Positions 1 to 12,576 of a stretch of 64,000 bases of DNA are shown piece after piece. The notes under the pieces were generated by a model that saw only the letters and a list, made by a program, of their open reading frames with translations, was not told the origin of the DNA and did not search any database. Origin of the DNA: Cenococcum geophilum (Eukaryota). Positions within the stretch are counted from its first letter, which is position 1; every line of letters starts with the position of its first letter. The position numbers and the translations under genes are program-made. Location: assembly GCA_050273025.1 (NCBI GenBank), contig CP158636.1, positions 4,216,001 to 4,280,000 of the forward strand, written 5' to 3'.

Positions 1-98
1 ACTCTACTAATTATTATTACATTATTAACTTCTTGTTTACCTATATACCTAGCCTATTAATAAGTTTACCGTAGTTCCCACTACAAGGCTTTATTATA
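1..98 (+). repeat. 3' (U5) part of a family-A LTR, cut by the window edge
   Basis: Matches the LTR ends at 25315-25412, 32980-33075 and 40390-40488. Confidence 0.9.
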
Positions 99-974
99 TA
101 TTTACTACTAAAGTTATAGTATTAATAAAGTTAAATAATATACTACTAAAAGTAGTAGCCATAACGGCGTTAATAGCAGCAACTATATTGGGATTAGGTA
201 ACGACACTAACTCTTAACTAATTACCGTTGGACAGCTATAGGAAATAGTTAATTAATTAATAGATAATAATAGGATACTTAAAGAAAGGATTAATGGGAT
301 TAGAGTAGCTAAGGTTAAGTTACCCTTAATTAAGCGATTCTTAGGGGAAAAGTTAAAGCTTAAGGGATTCCTTATATAAATGTACTTTAAGGTTATATAG
401 GAAGGAGTTAAACTAGGAACGCCTATAGATTAAGTTACTTATATAGGACTATTCTTAACAGGAAGAGCATTTAAGTAGTTTAAGCCTTACCTTATAGAGG
501 TATAAGAGTATAGTATAATAACCACCAACTAGGAGGTATAATATATATTCTTAAGTTAGAGCGGGTTTATAGAACGCATAATATAGATATTTAGAGACCT
601 AGAGGCAACTACTATAGTAAAATAAAAACTTTAAAACCTAGTATAGAGAACTTTAGTAATTAAGTATATAATATAGTTTTAAATATTAGGAATATAAGTT
701 AAATGGAATAATAAGGCGCTTATAGTACAGTATAAATAGGGACTTAAGGCTAAAGTCTAGGATATAATTATCCTAATAGAAGATACGGATACTCTAAGGG
801 AATTAATAGATTAAGTGATTAAGATTAATCATTAGATCTACTAAAGAGAATAGGTTAAGAGAGGCTAGGATAGAGTTCTATAGTTATATAAGACGTAGAG
901 TACGCAATAACTAAAGCTAAGTTAGAAACTATAGTATGGCGTAAAGCTAATAGACCTAAGTAGTACTAAAGAAG

Positions 975-1398
975 TGCAATAAAACCTTGTAGGAAGTACT
1001 ACGGTAGGTTCTATTAATAGGCTAGGTGTATAAGTAATGCAAATTAAAGTTAACAACGTAATAATAACTGGTGGAGTGGTTACCTAATAGATTAACTTTA
1101 ATTATATTCTAAAAATTACTATAAGAAAGGAACTATCTAGGTAGGGATTAAGGGTCCTTAAATATATAACCGTACTCCTATAAAATCCTTCTTATACGTA
1201 ATGTACGTGTTATATATAAGGTACGTAAGTTCCTCTTATTCCTCTTATTTAATACGTAGCATGTTATATAACCTCGGTTACTATTCCTCGTTACATAGTT
1301 CTACCAGATCTATCCTAGACCGTGCTCTTATTAACTAACTAGCTTCTTCTAACTCTTCTCTAAGTAGTTATAATATTGTATTTAAAGCGTCTGTAACA
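975..1398 (-). mobile_element. Solo LTR of family A inserted antisense in the gag of A1
   Basis: TG...CA ends, reverse complement of LTR 18255-18675, perfect 5-bp TSD AGAAG (970-974 and 1399-1403). Confidence 0.95.
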
Positions 1399-1931
1399 AG
1401 AAGCCTATAAGAGATGGAGTAAAAAACTATAGAAACCTAGAGGTTAAGGATTTAGTAATTATAGGACTAAGGAGCAGAGGCTAAACTAGGGATTTTATTA
1501 GTAGAAGACGTTTAGGCGAACTCTATAGTAAAGTTAGTGGTTTAAAAACGGAGCTTATATAAATTATAGAAAATAAGGTTACTTTATAAGGGATTATAAA
1601 AATAGTTAGAGTTACTATATAATAAAGGGAACTAGACTAGCAGAAGACATATATATATAGAGGGATAATAGTATACTATAAGGAACAAAAGAATATTCAA
1701 TTAAAAGTTTTACATTTTATTATAATAATATATACCAAATTTATAAAGACGCTAAGTACGGCGTAAGCTATTAGCTATAAGAGCTAAAATTTATAAAGTA
1801 TAGAGGAACTAATAAACTAGTTCGTAGATCGGATATTAAGGACAATAAATTTAATATAAGCGAAACATTTTATAATAATAAGGTAATAGAAATAGCTTAC
1901 TAGGAGTATATAGACCTTAGAGATATTATAT

Positions 1932-2207
1932 TATAGTGGTGTGATTTGGCCCCTGGATTTAATATCTAGATTAGGCATAGCTTTAGGAGAGCCTAGGCCT
2001 TATACAAGTTATATAGATCGGTCTGGAGCCCTTAGAGTCTTTAATAACTTAGACAGGCACGACGGACACATAATATACTTTTTTCTTTCTTTCTTACTGC
2101 CTGTTCTACTAACTAATTACAACTAACCAACTAACTAACTGACCGACTGACAGACTGATAGACAGCACTGTTACTTTCCTATCTTAAAGAGGTCGTACCC
2201 TCCTATA
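1932..2207 (+). repeat. 5' LTR of element B
   Basis: Direct repeat of 12301-12576; the differences seen are RIP-type transitions. Confidence 0.95.
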
Positions 2208-2532
2208 TATTTTATGGCATTCTACGTAGGGACGACGGTAAGCTCTTTGGATTAGAAGTCCAGCGCTATATATATAGGAGACGCATAGGAACGTGCTGCA
2301 GCCACTAAAAACTGTTAAGTTACCATTACCGGAAGCCGTTAAGTTACTAATAGGTGCGGAAATTAAGCACGGAACTACTAGCGACGTACGCGCAGGCATT
2401 ACCATTACTAAGATAAGTTAATAATACTTTCGGAGATTGTTATTTAAGACCTATAGTAGACGGAATAGATGACTAGGAATAGGAATATAAGTATAGGGTA
2501 CGGCAGGACGGAGGATAAAAGAGAGGGTTATA

Positions 2533-5343
2533 ATGCATCAGGATCAGCAGAAAGAAGTCTTTAATTTTTTATTTACTATATTTGCAACGGTCTATATAAT
2601 TTTTTTAGTATTTATACAAGCCTCCCTTAAATTTATAAGAGTAATGGCAATAGGACCGATAAAGGGAATACTAGGGATGCTAGGCCCATTCTATAATGAC
2701 GGTGGAGAAGGAAGTAGGCAGCCTGTTAACCTACAAAGTTTTCCTAACTTAGAGGATGCGGTACTAGACCCAACTCCTATAACGTCTAGAACCAATAACC
2801 TTTAGTAAAGAGAGGATAAGAACTAGGAGGTTAACTTACCTATCCTAGGAGAAACTGCTAGTCTATTACCTTATAATAAACTACTAATAGAATAAAATAA
2901 GGTATATATTATAGCCTAGCCTATGCCAGCTTTAGGGACTCTAGGGACTCCTTACTTTACGGGATAAAATATATCGCAATTTATTGAATAATACGAGCGA
3001 CTATGCATTTAACACTGTGTTACGGATAATAAGAAGCATTAAGGACTTCTAGAATATTGCGACTATTAGATAGGGACCTAGATCTAAAGTCTACCTAAGT
3101 TTATTATTAGCAGATAGACGGAACTCGTAAGAAAGCTTCGGACAGACTACTAAGGAAGTAACTACTTTCAATAAATTAAGACGGTAGAATTCTTGGAAGC
3201 GTATATACTGTAGTATAGAAATAACCCACCTAGTAGTATACGCGAGTACTGCAGACAGTTTACACTAATTTCCTAGAAGGTTACTAAAGCTGGCAATTTG
3301 GAAAACCGTAAACGAGGATATTAGTTTGTAAAAGGACTCCTATTTAAATATTAAAAATATACTATAACTAAGACAGGAGCTAACCTGGATAGATAAGAGT
3401 CTGTTAACTTCCACCTACTAAGGAGGGCTGTAGAAGACAGGCTTAATTCGTATAAGGGCGCAGACTACTTATTAATAATAAACCCTAAGGAGCAAGGTCT
3501 CCGTTAACTGGTTAGATAAATCCGTAAGTAATAGCCGGCTATATTAAACTAGAGAGATGCTGCTCTTCGGCCGCCCGTAGTCTCTTAGCTAAATAAGTTG
3601 GCAAGTGCCCGTTATATAACCCAAGAGACGGACCCTAAGCTAGAGAGCCTTACTAGTTAACTCCGGAAGCTTAATCTTAGGACAGTTAAATTAGTAAGCG
3701 TTATATCTTTAATGCCGTTCCTTAATAGAATTCGCCAAAACCTAATATAGTATATGCAGCTCCTAAATAAGGCGTTAGCGCGTTAAGAATAAGTAGGTCC
3801 GCGACTAGTAATAAATAATAACGGACTGCTGCCGTCCTATAAAGGGGCGCTATAAGAGCGATATAAGCCAGGTCTAGGAAGGTATAGAGGATTAGGAAAC
3901 CCTAGTGCATACCAGGTATAAGATAAGACGTGTTATAGATATGGAGGCCCTTATTGTTTTATTAACTAATACCTAGAGCTCTAAGAACTAGTTAGCCGGG
4001 GGTTCCTGTATATAAACAAGAATAACCAAATCTGCACTAGAATACGTCAGCGCCTAGGAAATCCACTCTTATATTTACCGAGCAGCTATTAAATTTAGTT
4101 CCTTAAAGACTGGCTAAGGCAAAATACGAATATTGATCCCGATGCGACGGCGACAGGCATTTAACTAAATGCGTCCTCAGTAGAGCTTATAGAAAGTAAT
4201 GGCGCTAAAAGTAAAGAAGAGCTTAGTAAGTCCTAGGAAGATGTGTACCAAGTAGAGTCGGTATACGTTAATCCAGTAGGAGTAGCAACCTAGTTACAGC
4301 CTATAACATGGTCATACGATCTTAGGAAGCTAAGAGGAGATATTAGGGTAACAAAACTATTTTTAAAACCAACTGGTTTATAACCGGTAATAGTTTAAAA
4401 TATATAACTAGGAGGATATGTCTAAATTGCACTACGACTACAGCGGTAGGCCCCCTATTTACTAGTAAATAATAAGGAGACTAACGAAATAGACTATACT
4501 AAATAGCTAAGAAGAGAAGCAGAGTAAGGAACGGAAGCGACTGTAACTGCTAAAGCACTGCGACCAAAGCCGGTTAGGATAATGGATATATTAAAAGGGA
4601 ACGTCCCGAGCCTAACCGTAATGGCGGATAAGATCTTATTAAAAACTATTGAAGTTACTATTAGTAACTGCCTCGTGTATATACCTAAAGTCACAAGGTT
4701 ATTCTTTAAGCTACTCCCGCTACCTCTTATAGAACCTTACCAATAAAAGCAAGAGGGCGTTAAGGCATCTACGTCGTCGGCATACCTAACGTTTTATGCT
4801 AATTAAGCTGGCCTAACAACTGTGGAGGTAGACTAGATTAAACGGGAAGTAGGATTTACCTAGTTTTAATAATAATATTTAAAGGTAGAAGCACAGATAG
4901 GAGATAAAAGGGTTAAGTACTTAATTAACTCTAGAGCGGAGCTTAACCTTATTAAGGAAAGTGTGGCTCTATAATATGGCTTGCTAATATTAAGTCTACC
5001 CCTATAGTTGTAGGGTATACATCTAACGTCTATAAATGGGACTTAGTCTAAGTTTATTAGATTAATATATGCAGCCGCTATAGTTATAGGGGACGTCTTA
5101 ATATCCACGACTTTTATTACTATGGGAGAAATGTTATATAAGGTAATACTTAGTAAGCCATAGTTAGTAAGGGCTAGGCTAGCAACGTAGCAAACCGTAA
5201 TAGGCTAGGTATCTTATATTATTTAATTAGAAAATGGCGGAGTTAAAATAAGGTTCTTAACATTTTATAAGGACGCAATGTTCCTTAAACTAGATAAAGA
5301 AATTAGTATAGGCAGTAGTTCGGGAAATATATAACTGGTATAA
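2533..5343 (+). pseudogene. gag-protease ORF of element B (RIP stops)
   Basis: Frame +1. Zinc-knuckle-like C-x2-C-x3-H-x5-C relic at ~3930-3975. Aspartic protease relic LI(N/D)S(R/G)AELNLI at 4921. Confidence 0.8.
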
Positions 5344-8300
5344 CCGCTAAGATCATATCTAGGGTTACTTATAACCCAGCGTATTAGGATAAGGAGGACG
5401 CTAAGGATAGAGAGAAGGGAAATAAGGTGCGACTTTAATAAGGACGTTTGCTATTCTAGATATCCGCTAAATAGGGCAATTAATAGGAAGAAGAGCATAA
5501 TACTAGATAGAGAAAGCTTAACAGCGAAACGTTAAAGGAAGTCTTAAAGAAGTACTTAGGAGGAAGGTAGAAGCTAATATTTAAAGCAAAGGCTGGATCC
5601 CTTATATATTAAATATTAAAGACAACAAATCTATTTATAATATAAATAGAAGGCTATAGAAGCAAGGCCCGATAGAATGCTATAAGTATAGCAACTGCGT
5701 ATAAACGAAAGGCAGAGAAGGTCCGCCTAGTTAATTCGTTAGCACCAGACAGAACGGTTATAGGAGGAATAATAGAGTGGCGAGAAGTGGCCTTGCGTCG
5801 GCAAAAGGCGTCTATTTAAGAGTTGCCCCTTAGTCTATATAATCATTTCCTTAAGCCGCGGTATACTAAGCTGGCCTATAGTATATGGCTGAAGCCAGAA
5901 TAATTAGAGTGCGTAATTATAGGGGACCTCCAGCTAAGAGAATGAGAAATCTTTAAGGCCATATTGTTTAACTAAGAAGAGGCTCTAGTATGGGAGTTCT
6001 CTAAGATAGGTCGTGTTAGTAGAGATATAACTCCACTATTAAAGATTAAGACTATACTATATAAAGTATAGCAAGTGCCGAACTTCCCTATACTAAGAGC
6101 CTTATAAGGGGAAGTTATAAATATATTATAAGAACGACTAGCTTAAGGGACTCTAGAATATTACAAAAGCCTATATAGGAATCTATGGTTTTTTATAAGC
6201 AAAAAGGAACACAAGAAGTACCGGCTAATTAACGCGGCAATAAATATCAACTAAGTGACTATTAGGGACGCAAATCTGCCACCGTATGCTGATGAGTTTT
6301 CTAAGGAGTTTATAGGGTGTAAAGTTATATCTCTAGTGGACTTCTTCTCTAAATATAACTAATTGGAGCTGGATGTAGAAAGCAGGAACCTAACGGCCTT
6401 TGCAATACCTCTGGGACTTCTATAATAAACAATGGTACCTATAAGAGGAACGAATTCGGTAGCCTAGTTTATAAGAACAATTACTAAGATTCTAGAGCGA
6501 TATATCCTACACCATACCTTGCCGTTTCTGGATAATATTACAGTGAAAGGACTATAGACAATGTATAATGGAGAAGAGAGCCTTCTAGGCGTGCGCAGAT
6601 ACATTTTGGAACACATTGTGTGGCTAGACGGAGTACTTATAGATTTGGAACGAGCTAGGTGTATAATCTTAGGCGTAAAGTCTTATTTCTATAAGGACGA
6701 GATTATAGTAGTTGGTTACCGCTGTAATAAAAAGGGGCGATATCCGGAAGAGTTAAAAGTTATAAAGATTATTTACTGGAGAGACTGTAAAGACGTTATA
6801 TCTGCCTAAGCCTTTATAGGAGTTGTTATATATTACCAAATATAGGTAGAAGACTTTATAATAAAGGCAGAGCTAATCTTCTAACTGCTATAAGTGAACG
6901 TTCCGTTTGTATAGGGCATAGAGTAGATAACTGCTATAAAGACTCTAAAGTATACAATCACTACTATATCCGCATTAGTTTAACTAGATTATAGTAAGGG
7001 GGCTAGGCTAATTATTCTCGCCGTTAACGGATATAAGAATAGGTGGGGATGCGGTCTTATACAACTGGACGTATAAGGTTGTCGCCACCTATATTAATAT
7101 AAGAGCGGTATCTAGTCTTAAGCAGAACAGAAGTACGATTTAGGAAAGCTTAAATATTGGGTATTGCTGCATATATTAAAGAAGTGTTAAGTATACCTAT
7201 ACGGCGTCTGCTTTATGGTTAAGACGGATACAAATACCTTAGTCGCGTAACTAAATCGTACTGCTACCGATTTACTAGGAGCCTTAATAATATAATGGCT
7301 AGCATAGATTTAGTTATAGGACTTTAATGTTAGGTATGTTCTAGGGAAGAAGAATAGCCTAGCTAATGGACTATTACGACAACTACTAGATGGCGAATGA
7401 CCTAATAAGCCGACTGAAGATATTAAAGAGTTTATTAACTATAAACTAAGTGCTTTAGAATATATGGCTAGCTTAGTTAAAATAGAGGTGGATCTGCTAC
7501 TAGAAGACTTATATTCTGGGAAGTCTTAAAAGATTACAAAATAGCTAGTGACCTTATAACGTCCAGAAGAAATAAATACTAAAGAATTTAAAAAGTTTAA
7601 ATAACATATACTGAAATTCCTAGTGCGCGATTAACAGCTCTTCCGCTAATAATTAAAAAATATACTAATATAAAGGGTAGTTAATAACGAGGACGCTTAG
7701 TAAGAGATTATTAAAAGCCATTATAATTAAAGCGGATATCACAAACGAGAAGGAATGTATTAGAGGATCTTAAATTAATATTGGTGGCTAGGGCTATAGA
7801 ATTAGATATTATGGTATATTAAGTCGTGTCTACAATGCTAGGAGCGACAGCTAGGACAGGAAGAAGAAGTAATATACCCTATATAGAAGTCCACCTTGTG
7901 GTAATAAGTAGTAGTAGACATCACGTTTATGCCTTTAAGCCGTCTCAGATTCCGGTACCTAGCTATTGCTTAAGAATATATATCTAGATAGGTAGAAGCT
8001 CGGGCCCTTCAAAATAAGAATATAAAAAGTATAGCGAAGTTCCTCTATAAAGATGTTATCTACCAATAGGGAGCATTTAGACAGCTCTCTATAGATAGTA
8101 GAGGAGAGAATACTAACGTTACCGCTGCGCTCGCAGAGCTCTATAATATTAAGAGGGTTATAACTTCCGCTTACCACGTTTAGGCGTAAGGCTTTATAGA
8201 GTAAGGCCATAAACCTATAATAGACGCTTTGGCGAAGATAGATAGCTTATAGCTGGATAATCTTTATACCATTTTATAGGCAGATAGGATAACTATTAAG

Positions 8301-8948
8301 CGGCCTATAGGAATAATACTGGTAAGAGTTATATACGGATATAAGTATGTCCTTCCTATTAAACTCTATATACCTACTTAGCAGACGCTGCCTTAGTAAA
8401 TAGTCTGGACTACTATAGAGCTACTAGTACTTTATATAAAGTAGTTTAACTAAAGAGACGTAGATGTAAAAGAGGCTATTGCGTATATAAGACGACTAAG
8501 GGTAGTAAATAAGGAGTACTTTAATAACACCTACTGCATTTACCAGGACGGATTTAAGGTTAGAGATATAGTTATACTTTATAACACGCAGCTTAAGTAA
8601 GACTATTCTAGCAGTCGTAAGTTAGATCTAAAATGGCTAGGCCCGTTTTGTATACGTAAGAGTTACCCTTATAAAGGATAGTACTTAATTAAGGATCTTA
8701 ATAGTACACCGTTCCGTAATTAAACTCCTAGAAATAGATTAAAGAGATTCTATTAATAATAGATATCTAAAGTCTACCAGGAAGACCGGCTTGACCAATT
8801 AGGCGGAACTATACTATAAGAAATGACAGCAGAGCTAGAGCCTAAGAAAGATATACAAAATCCACTAGTATCGCAACGCCACGTAGTTTAAGAAGTGTGC
8901 ATTATAGAAAGATCGTTTAATAGAACTAAGTACAAAACATTTAACTAG
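5322..8948 (+). pseudogene. pol (RT-RNase H-integrase) of element B, no chromodomain
   Basis: Frame +3. RT motifs KYRLINAA, SLVDFFS and PFLD(N/D)I at ~6522. RNase H LAV(N/D)G..GWG at ~7020. Integrase SAYH motif at ~8165 and WLGPF motif at ~8635. ORF 6561-6809 is an open remnant. Confidence 0.9.
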
Positions 8949-9300
8949 GGGACAGTTAAGTTCTACGGCAGGGGAGGGAATGTAGATAACAGCTATGTAA
9001 TCCTTTTATTTGCCGTATTTCCTAAAGCTCTTTCTATTACGCGTTCTTATTTGCTTTTTTTAGTTAGGAATCTAATGCGTGTTAATAGTAAGGTAAGGGT
9101 AGAAGAATGTTTGCGAATAACCACATAGTATTATTTACTGCAAAGATATTAGTTCCGCTTACCGCCTTTACCAAGCCAATAGTAATTTTCCATGCTAGGT
9201 ATAGAAAATTATAATTAGTCCATTTAATAATTAGAGCCAGCAGAACTCCACACTACTACCTAGATTTAGTAGACTATTTAGATTAGGAAACCCTATTTAG

Positions 9301-12240
9301 AACTTTACCTTTTTACCCTTAATAAACCTTAAAGATAGTTATAATTAGCCAAAGCAGAAACCAAGCAGAATTAAGAATAATAGTATATTTATTATATCTT
9401 TATCTAGCAAACTACTGGTCCTCTATAAAGGAGCTAAGTAATAGATTAGTGACGTCCTAACGGAAGTCAGAGGCTTTGCGGTCAATCAGCGTCGAGTAGT
9501 GCTTATCCAAATCTATGATAAGATTTTGCTCTTATAAGAAAACTACGCAGATACGGCTAGTGTAGTAGTTAATTTCATTAACTAAGATAACAGACTGCAA
9601 GTATTTCTAGAAAAGGACGCATTTATATTAATCTTTAAGGACATTTCTAACGTTAGCAAAATAGCTAAAGATTAGAGAAACTAATATAATAAAGCTAGAG
9701 AAACTATCTAAAAGGCCTAGGGATAAGATATTCTTAACGGACCGCTAAAATACGCAGTCTCCTATAACTTCCTCTCCGCCGTCTAAAAGCTCGCAATACA
9801 CCCACTTTTTAAAGTCACAGTAAGAGTTAATAAAGCTCTAATTGATAGGCTTAAACGTCTAGGACGTGGCATTAAAAACACTACTTAACTATAGCCGACC
9901 GATTTTGCGCTCGCATCTAAGATATTAGGAAGGGCAATATTAGACTAGGTAGTGAATAAGTATGGTTTAGGAAGATACTTAACTAGCTTCCTTATTCTAA
10001 ATAAGGACCTACCGCCAAGAAGTAGGAGACTAACTACTATGGGACCAGAGGTTATTAATGTCGGAATTAGATAAGCAGGAGAGAGCTTAGCTCTTACACT
10101 GCGAATATATTTACAGCATGCTTCTAATATAATAAATCCCTTAGCCTTTTAGCCATTAACACCTATTTAAGGAGGAGGCGTTAATATTATGCTAAGCCCG
10201 TCCCAACAAGGATTGCCTATATTAGTTAACTCGCCTTTATTATCTATAAACGAGAGTATTCTCGCAGCTGGAACGCCTGTTGGCTCGCCCCCGCGGCTGC
10301 CAGTATCTTTATTAAAAAGGAATCCAAGAAGGGGGCTAATAATTGCTCACCCGGAAGTATGGGGGCTAGAAGTAGAATTAATGTTTAATGAGAATATTAT
10401 TGAGCCGGGAGATGATGTGGAGTATATTAAGGAGGCTATAGATGCTGTAGCGGTACTCCGTGCAAAACGAGGATACAACTGCAAGGATAACGTGTTAGCG
10501 TATCTTAAGGTATCCCTAAATCGAACTACTAAAATTAAACTAATAGAGGTTATAAAGCTCTTGCATAGCTAGTATAGGGCGGCTAGTTCTAATCCAGAGA
10601 TATACAAGGTCTGTTAGATACATACTTAAGTAATAGGAGGATGTATGGGTTTAGCGATAAAAGGTCTAAACTATGCCGCACTGTGTTACAGACTCCGTTT
10701 GATATATTACGCCTATAACTACCTTAGCACCATAAAGACCGATCCCACTATATACTCCTAGTTTAGAAAGGTTTATAGACCTCTAGTTCCGTCCAATTCC
10801 TTAGGACCGTATAAGTTTATTTACAACTTAACGCTAAGGTTTTCCTACAATAGAGAGGCTTTGCTTAATTGGATAATGTCACCAGAAGACTAAGAAGTAT
10901 AGTAGTAAGAAGGATCCGTAATTTTGAACGTATTTAGATAGTAGTAGGATTCTAGCATCTTAATAATAATTAACAAGGAAATGTGTATGTACCGCCATTA
11001 TTAGCGTCTAATTAATGGGCGGCCAAATTACGGCTGGTTAAAAACGATGGTTTATAGTCTCTGCCAACAGCTAATAAGATAAGACCCTTAGTATTATCGT
11101 CTCTATTGCGCCCTTAGACCTAACAGCTAGTGGCAACTTATCTTTTACCCTTATTATGCAAAATTCGCAGTTAAAGGAGACTCTACAGCTTTCCGCCATA
11201 TTAACGTTAATATTCCCTCGCTCCTTAAAAGTGGACGCGGTACCGATATAATTTAAGGGAGCGTTTCTCTGGATAATAAGACTAAGGATAACTGCACGAT
11301 TATCCTACCCAGCATGCATCACCACCTAGAATTATAGTGGGAGGATCTTAAGGCGCGAGGATTAACCAAGGGCGACGGATTTGTTTATAAGATTTCTAAC
11401 CAAGACTGGACTACTAAAGACGTAGAAAAGTATGCGACCAACTAGGTAGCTCAGCCATATAAGAAAGGAGATATGCGTATAACTATGCCTTACCTTCCTT
11501 ATAGAGCGAAAGGACCTTTAACTGGAACCCGGTAAACAATACTACTATAATTTGTTAGTATTTAGGACGATTATAATAACCTTAAGGTTACTAAAGGAGG
11601 TACTTAGGCAGAGTTGGCAGATGCGCACCAAGACTTAAGAGCGCCGCCCCGTATACCGTCTGGACATACTAATCTCTACAGCACAATTCTATATTGCTTT
11701 CTGTAGCAGTTAAGCTTATAGCTGCCAGCGCTCTATCTAACGCCCTTCTTAGTAAACGACGATGGGATTCTTTAGCGGTAGTTTAAGATTATAACCTTCT
11801 TCTTAATGGCAACGGGAACAAAGTTAGGAAATGGATGCATTCCTACCGTTTTAGGGCCGTTGAGAATTATAAAGATGCGTTTAAGCTGATGCGTGTAACT
11901 AAGATGGAATGCTTTAATAGCCGCTCTTACTTTTACTGCATTAATAATGGAATCGATTCTTTAGCTATTACGGTAGATCCAAGTAGAGTGCCCCTAGTTA
12001 TTATAGAAGGATAGAGTTATGCGGAGTTGCCTAAAGAATTATGGGACAGAACTGAGTAAATAAAAGGGCGCAAAAGAGCTATGTTATCTAAGAGCCGCCA
12101 GTCTAAAGTCTCTCTTACTGCTTAACTAAGTAGACGAGAATGGTCTTATTTAACTAGAACGGAGTCTCCTCGTTCGCTATCTCGGGTTTGTGGTAAGGGT
12201 AAGGAACGCATATAATCACCTACCGCGCCTTTATTTTAAA
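9301..12240 (+). pseudogene. Extra ~1000-codon ORF inside element B with a PhyH-like 2OG-Fe(II) dioxygenase domain (RIP stops, one frameshift at ~11702; start uncertain, ~9190-9400)
   Basis: Frame +1 reads FRHI(N/D)VN at 11191, I(*/Q)GSVSLD at ~11251, NCTIILP(S/G)MH at ~11290, KKGD.RIT.P.LP(Y/H)(R/G)A at 11461 and R at 11530. ORF 10189-10572 is in the same frame. Confidence 0.75.
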
Positions 12241-12300
12241 GATAAGGAGTTTTAAAGTTTCGGAAGTCGTTAGGGGACAACAACTTAGGTAGGGGAGGTA

Positions 12301-12576
12301 TGTGGTGGTGTAATTTAGCCCCTAGATTTAATATCTAGATTAGGTATAGCTTTAGGAGAGCCTAGGCCTTATATAAGTTATATAGATCGGTCTGGAGCCC
12401 TTAGAGTCTTTAATAACTTAGATAGGCACGACGGACACATAATACACTCTTTTCTTTCTTTCTTACTGCCTGTTCTACTAACTGATTATAACCGACCAAC
12501 CGACTGACCGACTGACTGACAGACTGATAGACAGCACTGTCACTTTCCTATCTTAGAGAGGTCGTACCCTCCCACA
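12301..12576 (+). repeat. 3' LTR of element B
   Basis: TGTGG...CCACA, preceded by a PPT. Confidence 0.95.

Larger units (their letters stand above)
1932..12576 (+). mobile_element. Complete non-chromoviral Ty3/Gypsy element B (possibly Ylt1-like) with an extra 3' ORF
   Basis: 276-bp LTRs at 1932-2207 and 12301-12576. 4-bp TSD ATAT (1928-1931 and 12577-12580), with the empty site visible in A2 (~19001) and A4 (~34485). PPT AGGGGAGGTA at 12291-12300. Confidence 0.95.

Noticed and set aside
1941..2405. Short ORFs 1941-2126 and 2184-2405
   Set aside because: They lie in the LTR and leader of element B and have no protein features.
9301..12240. env gene in element B (errantivirus-like third ORF)
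   Set aside because: No signal peptide or transmembrane segment is evident, and the motifs fit a soluble 2OG-Fe(II) oxygenase.
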